Source: Tubiluchus corallicola (Eukaryota; Animalia; Priapulida). Taken from it: DNA of 64,000 nt. This document shows positions 28,001-39,769 of the stretch, piece after piece. The notes below the pieces were generated by a model. It ran no database searches. It worked only from the letters and a program-made list of their open reading frames with translations, and was not told the origin of the DNA. The position numbers were made by a program, and so were the translations under genes. The stretch spans positions 496,001 to 560,000 of the forward strand of contig JAQGDQ010000006.1 of assembly GCA_030141605.1 (NCBI GenBank). Direction: 5' to 3'. The number at the start of each line of letters is the position of its first letter. Positions within the stretch are counted from its first letter, which is position 1.

Positions 28001-30953
28001 CTTGTGTTATATTATCTAATGTTTTATCAAGCAGATGCTATCACTCAGCACGTTATCTAGCAAAAAAATGTATTACATCTTTCTGTACTGCTTGAATACT
28101 TAGTCTTTGTCAGTAATTGATCTTCTGATAGCATTATAGGTTTTTTTGTTTAAAGTTTTTTACAAGTGGTGGACCCGAGTAAGTTTAGCTGTGTAGCAAA
28201 ACTGCATTGTAGTTCAGTTAGTGGCGTTCACTAATAAGCAGCACTGAATAAACACAACGGCATCGTTTCTTACAACCTTTAATTTTATAGCAGAATTACA
28301 GAAACAAAAACCAAGCATTCATTTCCTTAACTGAATTATATGGCCAGTATAAGTTATTTTTAAGTACAGTTTAAGTACTAATCTCTTTCATGATGAGTCT
28401 ACCGACATGCTAATCTTGGTTCTTATTATATATCTTTACTATGTTTACTCGCATGTTATATACAATTTACTTGCACAATTAGATCAATGGAATAACAAAA
28501 TCATAATATGTAACTATAACAAGATATAAGTAATATTTACATTCAGTTAGTTAAAATAGTTAGTAATGATATTATTTCTTCGTTTGTAAAGCTGTGAATG
28601 AGAAATGTATTACGAGCAGTCCAATATAAAAGAAACAATGCCAGAATCAATATAATATTCATTTTCACAAATCATTGCACTAAAGAAAATATGATTTTTA
28701 CCAAGGGTAGTTTTTATATACAAATACCGATGTAGAATGGATATAGTACAAAATAGGCTGATTGCAGAATTATTAATCTTTCTATACAAAGTTTGCGACT
28801 GTTTGGCTGCTAGGTTAATAAAAGATTTAATTTCAGCAGTGCAATGTGTCATGTATATGTATGTATCAACTTAAGTTAACATAAACTTGATGACAATTTG
28901 GCAAATGTTATTGAAAAATTATGTGAAGTTTTAATGAGCAGTAGTACACTAAATTATTAGTAAATGAAATCAGCTTCGTGCTTCAGCTTGCCAGCTTTTC
29001 GATGTCCAGAGTTAACTCATTGCAGTTAATGTCTTATTAAATTTTAGTATTTGTTGCCATTTTAATTATTACAATACCAAGAAATAATCTTAGAAAATAA
29101 ATAGGTTTGCCAGGTTGTTATTATAATTGTTGATAATGGTATGATTGATTACATAATTAAAATTACAAACATAAAAAATAGAAGAACAGTTCCTTCATGT
29201 TTTGATATTTTGCAGTTTGGTATGCCTGTGCTGAATCATTTGTAAAACGTTCTAGGATATAGGAACAAGCTGAATATATGCTGTCAGTATAAACTGGGCC
29301 AACACTGTACACCAGAATAAACCAGACGAAACCGGAATCTGGATTAGTTGGTCTATTTTTGCTCGGACCGCTATCATAGTGCAGCCAAAATAGTGCCTAC
29401 AAATTAAAAACATGACATTAAATCTTGTAAGCCATTTAACGTAAACAATACATTTATATTTAAGGGTGATGATGATGATGACAATGACTATCGTTATAAT
29501 AATGATTTAAAATTTGTTGTTGTGAATTTCGACCAGCCTAAACAAAGGCTTGTGTATTTCTTTTTTGTACTGCCTTTTAAGGTTGCTAAATCTATAGTTG
29601 TGTTTACTGTTGAACAATTAACTTCTGCCAATCTGATTGCAGTGCATGAAAACAGTAAAAAAATATTAACAAGAATGGACTGAAGCAGCTTTTAAGAAAA
29701 ACTACTAGTTTTAGCTTAACCGTACCATTTTTTCTATATATTTTAGTTCTAAGTCGTCAAATTGTTTGTCTTATTGCATGCAATGCTACTTATGCAGGCC
29801 TCTCATGTTTCAGCTGGCTAGCAGTAAACAGATTTGTGTTTACTGTTTGTGTAAATTATGCATAACTGTATGCGTGCATCTTCTCATTTCCTCCGAAAGT
29901 TTTGGATGTTTCATTTTTAGCTAGCAGCTGCACTTAAAATTGAAAATTGTAAAGCACCGCTTTCATTGAAGTCTTCTGTAAATCTGTTCAATAATACCCC
30001 TGAAACAGGTGGCTTTGCAGGTTGTAATAGAAAATCGGTCAAACAGGTATCTCGATCACCATAAAAATCCGGACGAACTTTTACATTATTAATTATCCAA
30101 TTCAAAACAAATCAAAAATTTTAGCTTGTGATGATAATTAAATATGTATAGCTTATTACAAGAAATTGACACATATTGTGTTTTAGTTGGTCTATTGAAC
30201 TGTCTTCACACACTTGCATTTTCATTTATTCTAAAACATTTTGCTGATCTTATTGCATAAAGAAATTTGTTAAACCAGCTTAATTTTTCTTTTAATTTCG
30301 AGACACATTATTTGAGATAAAATAAAAAGTCAAAATGCAAACCAGGGTAGTTAACATTTGTAATGAAAGATGCAATCTTAAGTTATGTAATTGTGTTTGT
30401 TTGAGTAATGCACGTGTTCCTGTTATGCATAAAGGCCAGTATTGCATCAGTTAAGAAGAATCAAAGCTAGAACTTGAAAAAATAAAAAAATGGTCTTTCT
30501 GTGGAATGTCTTGACTTAACTCTTCGGTCTTTGAACAGCAGCCTAGCATGCTTTTATAGCATGCAGTAAAAAGTGCTCTCTTCTTTTTTACATTTTACTC
30601 CACAAATCCACTGGCTTTCACTCCACATGTCCAACCAGCCTATGGAGGGAAAATGTACAATGTGTAACAGTGTAAGTCATATATACATTTCTATAATAGC
30701 CATTGAAACTTGCATGTGTACATGCTACGAAACAGCTGATACCAGAATGGTAATGTTTTAACATGTTTAGTGGGTCTTTTTCATGCAGTTAATGTTTTTA
30801 TTTATTTACGTAATGACATTTGTATGATATTTCAACTCTGCGTGGCTGAGACTAATTATTATATTTTTATTTTAGTTCTTTGGAGAACTAGGCCATACGT
30901 TCAGTGAGTTTGTAAAGGCAAGCGGAGAATACTGCCAGGCTCAGCACATATAA
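25007..30953 (+). CDS. Spliced upstream ORF in the PRL 5' leader: join(25007 or 25028..25045, 30876..30953), 38 or 31 aa
   Basis: ATG AAG ACC TGT TCA CAG TCG ATG TGC ACG AAT ATT TTG|gtaagt ... tttag|TTC TTT GGA GAA CTA GGC CAT ACG TTC AGT GAG TTT GTA AAG GCA AGC GGA GAA TAC TGC CAG GCT CAG CAC ATA TAA. Phase-0 junction keeps the frame. Peptide (MKTCSQS)MCTNILFFGELGHTFSEFVKASGEYCQAQHI. Confidence 0.7.
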
Positions 30954-31140
30954 GTAGCCGAATTTTAGACAATTATTTAGGAAATTTTTAACTAATAAAG
31001 ACATTGTAAAGAAATCTGACAAAGTTTCGGATGGGGTAAGCCGTTTGCTGAACTGATAGTGTTTCGTCGTCTTCTGTGTGGAGAAAAAGAGGGGATACAT
31101 TCTTGACCTACTGATACAACAACAAAACATCCAAATTTCC

Positions 31141-34100
31141 ATGATGACATCATCAAACAGATCTAATGTGCGTCCTGCACCTGCTGAAATCACATTTAAG
31201 AACATGCGCTTTCTAATTACTGACCGACCAACTGATCTCAATATGCCCCAGTACATTGAGGTAATTTTACTTTTTTTAATCAAATTGACTTAGCATTTTA
31301 AAGTTTGAAAAAGTGAATGTTAATTCACAGTGACATTCATGTGCTTGTTTCAAAATTTATAATAGTTTGTATAAGTTTGGTGTTTTTTCTGGTTGTCTTG
31401 CACATATTTTCCAGTTTCATTTCTGCAAAAATTAGCAACTTGTAAATTCTGTAAATTTGCATTCCATCCTTTTTTAATTATTCCTCAATTAACAATTACG
31501 TTGTTTGTTAGGTTGGCATTACATCTACTGAAAAAGTAAAAATCTGGGTGTCATTTCTACATCTACAAATTATAAATGGCATCCCAGGTTATTATTCAAC
31601 CAGTATTAAATCAGCTATGAATTAGATGATTAGTGAATAGTATTTCTCTATTTTGAAATCAATGATGAATTAGTTTTCAATTTTCATTCTGTTAGGCATT
31701 TTTGTTTGTTTGTTTGTTTGTTTGTTTAATATTTTGTATTAATTTTAGGTAAGCTATCAACTTTGAAACTAGTGTCACCATGTAACTTTAGTTAATGCTT
31801 CTGTCTTCATAAACAACTGATGGTGTAACTGTAACGACTGATTTACGAGTGTCGTAAACTTCCATTTGAGACTCCATTTTGTTTCATCAGAACTCGTTGA
31901 TTTTTTGTGCCCCATTTAACTGAATTAGCATAACATCAAGGAGAAAGTGAACCCATGACTTTAACATTCACTTGAAACCAAACAGTGATTTTTTTCTCAA
32001 GAACGTGTTTGGATAAGGTGAAGGATAGCAGCTGTATGTGCTATGTTTAGCTGAGAGCTTGTTACATGTGTCGTGTCCCGGAAAGTTTATACATTACTAA
32101 TACAAAGTTGTTTTCCGCAGCAAGTGGCTCATATTGCTTTCCCATTTACTAAATATACACCAGCAATCTAGCATCCATCCAGTAATTATTTCAATATCTC
32201 GTTTGGGCAGTGGTCTGGAAATCATCTTAAAAGTTGGATACAGTTATTTTTTCAAATTAGAGTTTTGTAAAACGAGACCTATTTTCATTTTTTTTTCAAG
32301 GCCAGCCACTGCTATTCTAGTTGTAGCTGGTATTCCTTGGGATTTTTTTAAAATTAGGTGAGATGTTATGACAGTTATTTAACTACATGATTGTTATTAA
32401 ACTGTGTTACATTTGTGAATGTGGCGACATATCCAGTCAGCTAACAACTTTTTCCTCTGTCAGAAATCAGGATATTGATTCAAATTAATGGCATTTTTCT
32501 GGATGTTACCAGTCTTGTTCAGTCATGTGTTTTATAAGTTGATGCTGTAAATTTTGTGACAGATTGTGTCATCTTCGAATTATATCTATTATAAAAAAGT
32601 TTTCCATAAAACAAAAACACTGAGGCAGAATCGCGGGCATTAAGTTTCAAACCATGGATTAGCGGATCTACTAGTTTCCCAATCCGCAAAAAATTTGGAC
32701 CGCAAAGATGAAATCTGCAGTCTGCTAATAATCTGCGTTTTGCTATTAATAACGATCCGGACCGCCCTACTGAATAAATTTAAATCCGCAATGCGTCATG
32801 GTCTGCAAAGTGTCGGATCCTGATGCTGCTTACTTGGCTTTTTTAATTCAAATCTGCATAATAATCTGCATTTTTAGCTGACTTCGGTTTAAATAATTGT
32901 AACTGTAAAAAGGAATATTAGAATATTCTCCATCTGATGTTATTATTTCACATTAGTATTTTTAATAGCAAATAAAAGATTTACTACTGCTGCTGCTCTT
33001 GCTACTGTTAGTACAGTAATACATTCATTTAATAATTAATGAAGCTAATTGTTATTTTCATTTCATTGTTATTCAACCTGGTAGCTTGTGATGAGTGTCA
33101 GTCTGTCATTTTCTTCCCACAATGCGCACATTGTTATCTTGCACGGATTAACGTTAATGAAAATTAAAATGTGCAAAGATCCAATCCGCAAAAATTTTTG
33201 ATCCGCATCTGGTCCACATATATCTTCAATAGTTGATCACAATCTGATCTGCAATAAATCTTGCGGATCTTTGTCCGATCCGGTCTGCAGTATCATGGTC
33301 CACTCATCACTGTTTCAAACTGAAAGCAATTATTAGGCAATACAGGTTTTGACAATACTGAGTAGGTCAAATTCTTTTTTTCCTTTTACGGGAATCACAG
33401 AATTTTGTAAGGTTTTTCTTTCAGTCAAAGTTGTGTTTTTAAGTTTCAGCATTTAAAATAATAAATAATGTTTTTTAGCAACTGAAAAACAAGGGAGTAG
33501 TTGATGTGGTGAGAGTTTGCGAACCAACATACAAAACTCAGAGTCTGGAAGAAGCTGGAATTCGAGTACTCGTAAGTTTATTTAACTAAAATCAACCCAG
33601 CTAATATTTAAAATATGTGCTAACATATTTCTAGACTCGTGCTACTTTCACTTGTCATGGTTTGGCTTGACTGTTGATAACTGACATCAATGCTTGCTTT
33701 TGAATTTATTAGATTTGCTTAATCATTCTCCAGGAATTTGTTTTCGTTTCTGACCTTCCTGTGACTGTAATTAAGAAAATGAAATCCTCATTGATGGTGT
33801 AAATGTCACTTTGATTAACTGCTAGCTTACTTGCATAGTCATAGCTTTTTTATGTTTTTTTCCCAAGAGATCAGCATGTCTACGCCTTAACATCACTCCC
33901 AGCCTAAAATAAAACCATGTAATTTATATTCACAATATAGACTTCCCCAGATTGATACTTTATCGCTAAAAGTATTTTTTATGGTGGGTAATGAAATCAT
34001 TGAATAGATTTTCTTGTTTCTATGATTTTATACTGTGTTTATTTTTTTTAAAAATTTCATTCAAACTGTTTTTTGAATTTCTGCTAATTGACCACGTACA

Positions 34101-37100
34101 GGTTTACTATTTGTACCCTGACACTTATAAGTTAATCTGTGAGCAGTACTTTAAATTGCTAACTTTCGTATTTTTTAATGGTTCCATGTTGTTTTATATA
34201 GAATTGTACATGAAAGTATAACTTATATAGCTTGTGCTCCCCTACAGTATGAAATCTCAGTTCATATGTTGTCTTTCTATCAATTTGCCCCATTCTGTAT
34301 TATTGTAGTTGGCAAGAGATTAAATAATGTCCTATTTTTTTTGCATCTGTTTTTGGTAGTTTTGAAATTAAGGAAATAACCTTGGTTTGCCTGGTAATAC
34401 CCAATATTCTTCTGTCTTCTGTCTTACATGAATTTTCATAAATTGATAAGTGCCTGGCTGCATTTTACTTTTGAAATTATTTTGAGTTGTGGAAGAAATC
34501 TTAATGGCACAATCAATAGACATTAGATCAGCAGGATATTGCTAAAATGGCGTGGCAAGGTAATTTGTCGCATAGCATGCTTGAGATTGCAACGGATGCT
34601 TCATTATTGATGAGTAATGCCAATATTAAATTACGTGAAAACAGCATTTGCACTAGGCATGTGGGAGCAATAGAATTTTTACCAATTGTGAGCATTTTTT
34701 CAAGATAAACTGTTTTGGAAATTTCAAAAAATTCGAGATCATTTAAATGTAAGTGTTGTTGGCTTTAATAGTTTTAACTTTCTGTTTCACTGCAACTCTG
34801 TTTACCTCAAAATAAGCCCTTAGTTGTCAATTTAAGTTGAAATCTCAGTGTTAAAATACGTATGATGCTGCTAGCATATATTAATTGTGTTGGTAGGCCT
34901 ATGTATGATTTGTATACGTAGATGTACAATAAGTCATCTCGATTTTAGTGTCACTGTGCCACCTCATTCATGGTTATTCTTGATTTCAGGATGTTTGCAA
35001 GAAATAGAAAGCTAAAAACTTTTGGGCCTCCTTTTGGCCTTTTTTGCAAAAGTTGGTATTTCATAATTAAAAAGTGGTCTCTGTTCAGGTAATTCATAAA
35101 TTTGCTCACCCCCATGGATGTTACAACTTAACTGTTATAGTTTTCTCGGGTGACTGGGGTATCGCACTGTGACTGTTTTTCAAAGGGCACCCAACAAATT
35201 TTTCAAAATTTTGCACAGGCAGTCTTAAAAACTTATTTTTGTTGATTTTAGGCATCCCAAAACATAATAAGCACACTTTTGGACAAAAAAGCAATCTGTA
35301 AGGCACGAAAGTTCGTTTTTAAGATGTATCTAGACCACTGAACAAGATTTTGACAATTTAATTCAGCATTTCCCTGATTTCAGTAAGAATGTTAAAAGTT
35401 GTAAACCAGTCATTACATTCCTCCTATAGAGCTTGCATTATTTTGCAATGCAATTTCTACAGCGGAGCTGTTAAAACTGTATCTTGTAGTAGTTTAATAC
35501 TTAAAAAGCTTTGTCTTTTAATTTCGCAGGATTGGTGCTTTGATGATGGTAGTCCTCCACCTGAGAATATTGTTGAAGATTGGATCTTACTTTTGAAGAA
35601 AAGATTTCGCGAAGATCCTGGTTGTTGTATTGCAGTACACTGCGTTGCTGGATTAGGAAGGTACAATCTTGCTACTTTCATTAAGTGACCAATTATCTTG
35701 TTCTTAAAATTGGACTCTAATTTAGCATTTTGGTCATCAAAAATACTTTTCATTAAAAGTACGCATTGTTAGTGAACTGTCTGTGGTGCCATTCATCAAC
35801 AATCACTTAGATGGTAGTGATCTTTCATAACTTGCCATTCGTAAAGATGAGCTCTAAGCATTTTTAACTTAGTAAGTGTGTATCTCTTGAAGTGAGGATA
35901 ATTGGATTTACAATTGTGAACCATTTTTCAATAGTATTGTCGGTTGTTTAGGTTGACGTTGGGATGTTTTTCAAGTTACTTTTTGTGTGACCTAGAAAGC
36001 ATGAAATAGCGCTCTTACTGCGACCCATATGGAAAGTATCCAGTTTGCCTTGAATGACACTGCATGAAACCGCTGAGCTATCTCTGACTGTCCTTCATTG
36101 TTGTTATTGTAATTTGTAAAGTACTATATGTATAGCTCAGGCAAACTAACTTTATATTCACATATTTGTAATAAAATGCTAGGTCTTACTTGGCAGTGTT
36201 ATACTGAAATCAGTAGTACACAAAAGCACTTTGCTTGTGTGTTTGTTAAGAGAAATATGTGTGAAAGAGCAAGTAATTATATTTTAAGCATGTTCTACCA
36301 TGTGATTTTTCTCAAATGCTTTTCACTTTTACATTTTGTACACATTTTATAATTCATCAATGTTTTTCTTGTGTTAGATAAGCATAGTATTACTTTTTTA
36401 GCAGTTCACTATTGTTATGCGTGATATCTCATATCTGTATAGCAATTTATTGATCATTTAGTATGCTTAAAATTTTCGCAATTGTTTTAATACCTGTTGG
36501 TTTTTTTTTGTCAAGGGCGCCAGTATTAGTAGCACTAGCACTCATAGAAGCTGGACAAAAGTATGAAGATGCAGTTGAGATGATTAGACAGTAAGTTTCG
36601 TTTTTGTTTTGGGTCACTAATTATCTATATGTTAGATAAGTAAGACAACTTATTCATTGTAATGTTTCTAATCCAGAACACTTGTAGCTAGTCCAACTTT
36701 TAGTGCCTTAGCCTTTTTTTAGATTTTAAGTTTTTCAAATGTTATTCAATTCAATTCTCAGTTGTCTGTTATACTAAATTTGCATTATGTTGTAATGAGC
36801 CTGCATCGCTGTGTTAAATCTGGACAGGAAGTGATGAAATGAATCCAAATGGACTTCATGGCATTTATTTGACTTTAAATAGGAACGTACTCTACATAAG
36901 GAATCATCTCTCTGTAGATGTTCTAATTGTATGTGCTTTATTGCACTATGTAATTAAATTAGTGCTTTCCTTTTAGAAAGTGTCTGTGACATTCGTCATC
37001 ACATTTTACCTTCCATTACATTTCATGCCCCTTTGATTGTATAGAAATTGAGTGCACAGGTATTGCATGCTTGCAAGCACGCCTACTGTTAACAAAATGT

Positions 37101-39769
37101 CAATGTTTAGTCAACAGATTCAACAACTACTGACATGACCTTTACTGTTGAATATATTCCAGTGTGCATTAGTGAGCTTAATTAGTCCTCACATGTTCTT
37201 TATAACCACTTTACATAAATAATATGCTGCATTATAGCTGTTTATCAAGTTTAGCTGTGCATGTCTAATAATAGCAATTATCACGAATAGAATGTTGTGA
37301 TGTGTACATGAAATTATCATTACTGCCTCATGAAATGAAATGCCTTGTTGGCAGCAGACTAAATATTGATGTCAGAATCCACAAAGCGAATATCTAGTTT
37401 TGCTGCCTGCTATATTAGCTATGCAACTTGTGCTATGTGTGTTTGTGAGTTTATAGCATGTATCATCATTACGCACTGAGTAAATTCAGCTGCATCATAA
37501 ATTAATTCCTTGGTTGTGTAGAATTGATGCAGAATTTATTATCTCTGTGGAATAAAAATCCCGGCTGTTATTAGTTCATGAGCTGATAATGTTGTTGCAA
37601 TGGCTGCCATGTAAAACCTACAGTTGTTTACTAAATATGAGTTTTATTTTCAAAATAAAAAAATAATTCCAAAATTCCCAACACTCTAAATGAATTACAA
37701 ACTTTATAATTATGGTTATAGGTTCTGTTCATAATTATTATCAAGATCTTCCTACCAGCATATCGTTTTTACAAAATATTGTTTTCACTATAATTGATTG
37801 TTAGAACAAAGTTATGAAGCTCTTTGAAAAGTATTTCCTGAAGAAGTAATCTGTACAGTTTTTGATGGCTTGCAGTGTATAAACTGTACCATTTAAAATG
37901 GCTTAAAGCAATCGAAAATGGAAAATCATACAGAATACTATGGGAAGCCATACTGCCCTTATGCCTCTTGCAGTTTACTGACTGCCTTGACTGACTAGGA
38001 ATATTATAAAATTTAATTACTTGGTTAAAAATTCTATTACATTATGGGTAACTGATAGTCTATACAGTTTTTATGTATCTTATAAAACAGGTTTTTTCCA
38101 GTTAAACGTACGCATACATTTCACGTTTCCACTATTTTCTAATTAATGCAGAATTTCTTAAAATCTTGTTTATCACGTTATTGATTAGTTAATGTCTTAT
38201 AGATGAATCTTTGCATGTGCTACAATGGTTGCCTGTAATATTCATTACTAGTACCAAATGAAATGTTTGATGTAATTTTACAAAGTTTGTTAAATTAGAT
38301 TATAATTACAGCTGGTTGTAGATTAATGTAATTGCAAATACATTACTAGTCTATTATTCACAGAACAGCAGTGGGAAAGCATAATTTTGTGAAATTTCAT
38401 ACACATGACTTTTTTGGTACAAAGCTAATGTGCAGTTTTTTTATATGCACTTTGGCACACTGCAAACTGAAATCTAGTACCCTCAAGTCACAAATGGGTT
38501 TATTTACTGTTGATACATTTGTATTTGTGACTAAACCGAAACCTTGCTCATTATCAAGGATAACCCTTTGAGATGAGATACTGACCTGACAGAGGTATCA
38601 TATCCATATTTAGATGATATACATACCTCCTGAGTGAGGTAAACAGGCAGAATCAGTACGACAAATAAAGCTTCCCACAACAAATAATGAATAGCAAACC
38701 ATTCACTGACCAGCTAAGGCATCACATATAACTTTGCATTGCTAGGTGTACACTGTGACCACTTTGCTATGTTTCTCTATTCAATGTAGTTATAACCATG
38801 GGTATTGTAGCTAGTCTAGTGAAAGGAATGAAATAATCCAACGTTATAAAATTTATTACACTGTATTTCTGGCATAAATAGCTTAACAAGACGGTTAATG
38901 TCGATTTTATCTCGCATGTGTATTACAACTCTTTTATGATTTCACTTTGTTAGAGTATATTAAGCTTAACAGAATTTTTATTAGACAACATTGTATTTAT
39001 AATACTAGCACTGTTTTTAAGTATATTGTACAGAGCAGATAAAGCATCCATACATATATTTGAAACTTCAACAAACATGCACTTTATGTATGTTTTATTG
39101 CATATACCAATCTCTTTATCTTATTTGCTGCATCCTGGTTTAATTTGAACTTTGAGCATGTAAGACGTGAACAAAAACTGTGAGCACGTTGGGAACAGCT
39201 TACTGGTGCTTAAATATGATCAGAACTGATTATAATGGTTCATTCATCTAGCAAGCTTGCACATTATGAATAAACTCCTTACCAGACACTGCAGTTTGTA
39301 TTAACTTCCTTGCGTTGGCAGACCTTCGTGTACACATCATACTGTGACTTACTAAGCAGACTGGCATTGTAATTAATTTACACAATAAGTTCATGCTGAC
39401 CACACTGATAATTGTATATTAACTTTGGGTGACATTAATCTGAATGTAAGCACTTACAGTACATACAAGCAGGTCAGAGTCATTTATCTAGCCTTAAAAT
39501 TATTTGACTATGGCTGAACTTAACGGTTATTGTTGACTTTAGTATGTTTACGTTACTGTGTTTTAGTGGTATTAGATGTATTTTGTTTTGTTCTTTTTTA
39601 TGGACATTTGCTTCAAACAAAATGCTTTATATTCAGTTCAAGCATTTGTATTTCCAGGAGGCGAAGAGGAGCTATCAATGCAAAGCAGCTTACCTATCTT
39701 GAAAAATACCGTCCTAAATCTCGGCTGAAGGTTAAGAATGGTGTAGATAAGAAGTGTATTATACAGTAG
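31141..39769 (+). CDS. PTP4A1: PRL-type protein tyrosine phosphatase (PTP4A / PRL-1), 176 aa
   Basis: Exons 31141-31260, 33479-33571, 35530-35660, 36516-36590, 39658-39769 (531 nt). Motifs [35 protein letters not shown] loop, P-loop [10 protein letters not shown], polybasic tail RPKSRLKVK and CAAX box CIIQ. Probably the single invertebrate pro-ortholog of PTP4A1/2/3. Confidence 0.96.
31703..31727. repeat. (TTTG)n microsatellite
   Basis: About 6 TTTG units. Confidence 0.85.
32653..33312. mobile_element. hAT-superfamily MITE (660 bp) in a PRL intron
   Basis: Perfect 8-bp TSD TTTCAAAC at 32645-32652 and 33313-33320. Degenerate TIRs CATGGATTAGCGGATC and GGTCCACTCATCACTG (11/16). Many subterminal ATCCGC/GCGGAT motifs at both ends. 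Confidence 0.8.

Noticed and set aside
31078-31140. In-frame GTG-initiated N-terminal extension of PRL
   Set aside because: Product of the ORF caller's alternative start codons; no similarity to PRL proteins, and normal ATGs follow.
30888-31283. 131-aa antisense ORF over PRL exon 2
   Set aside because: Antisense shadow of the uORF and PRL coding sequence, with no recognisable motif.
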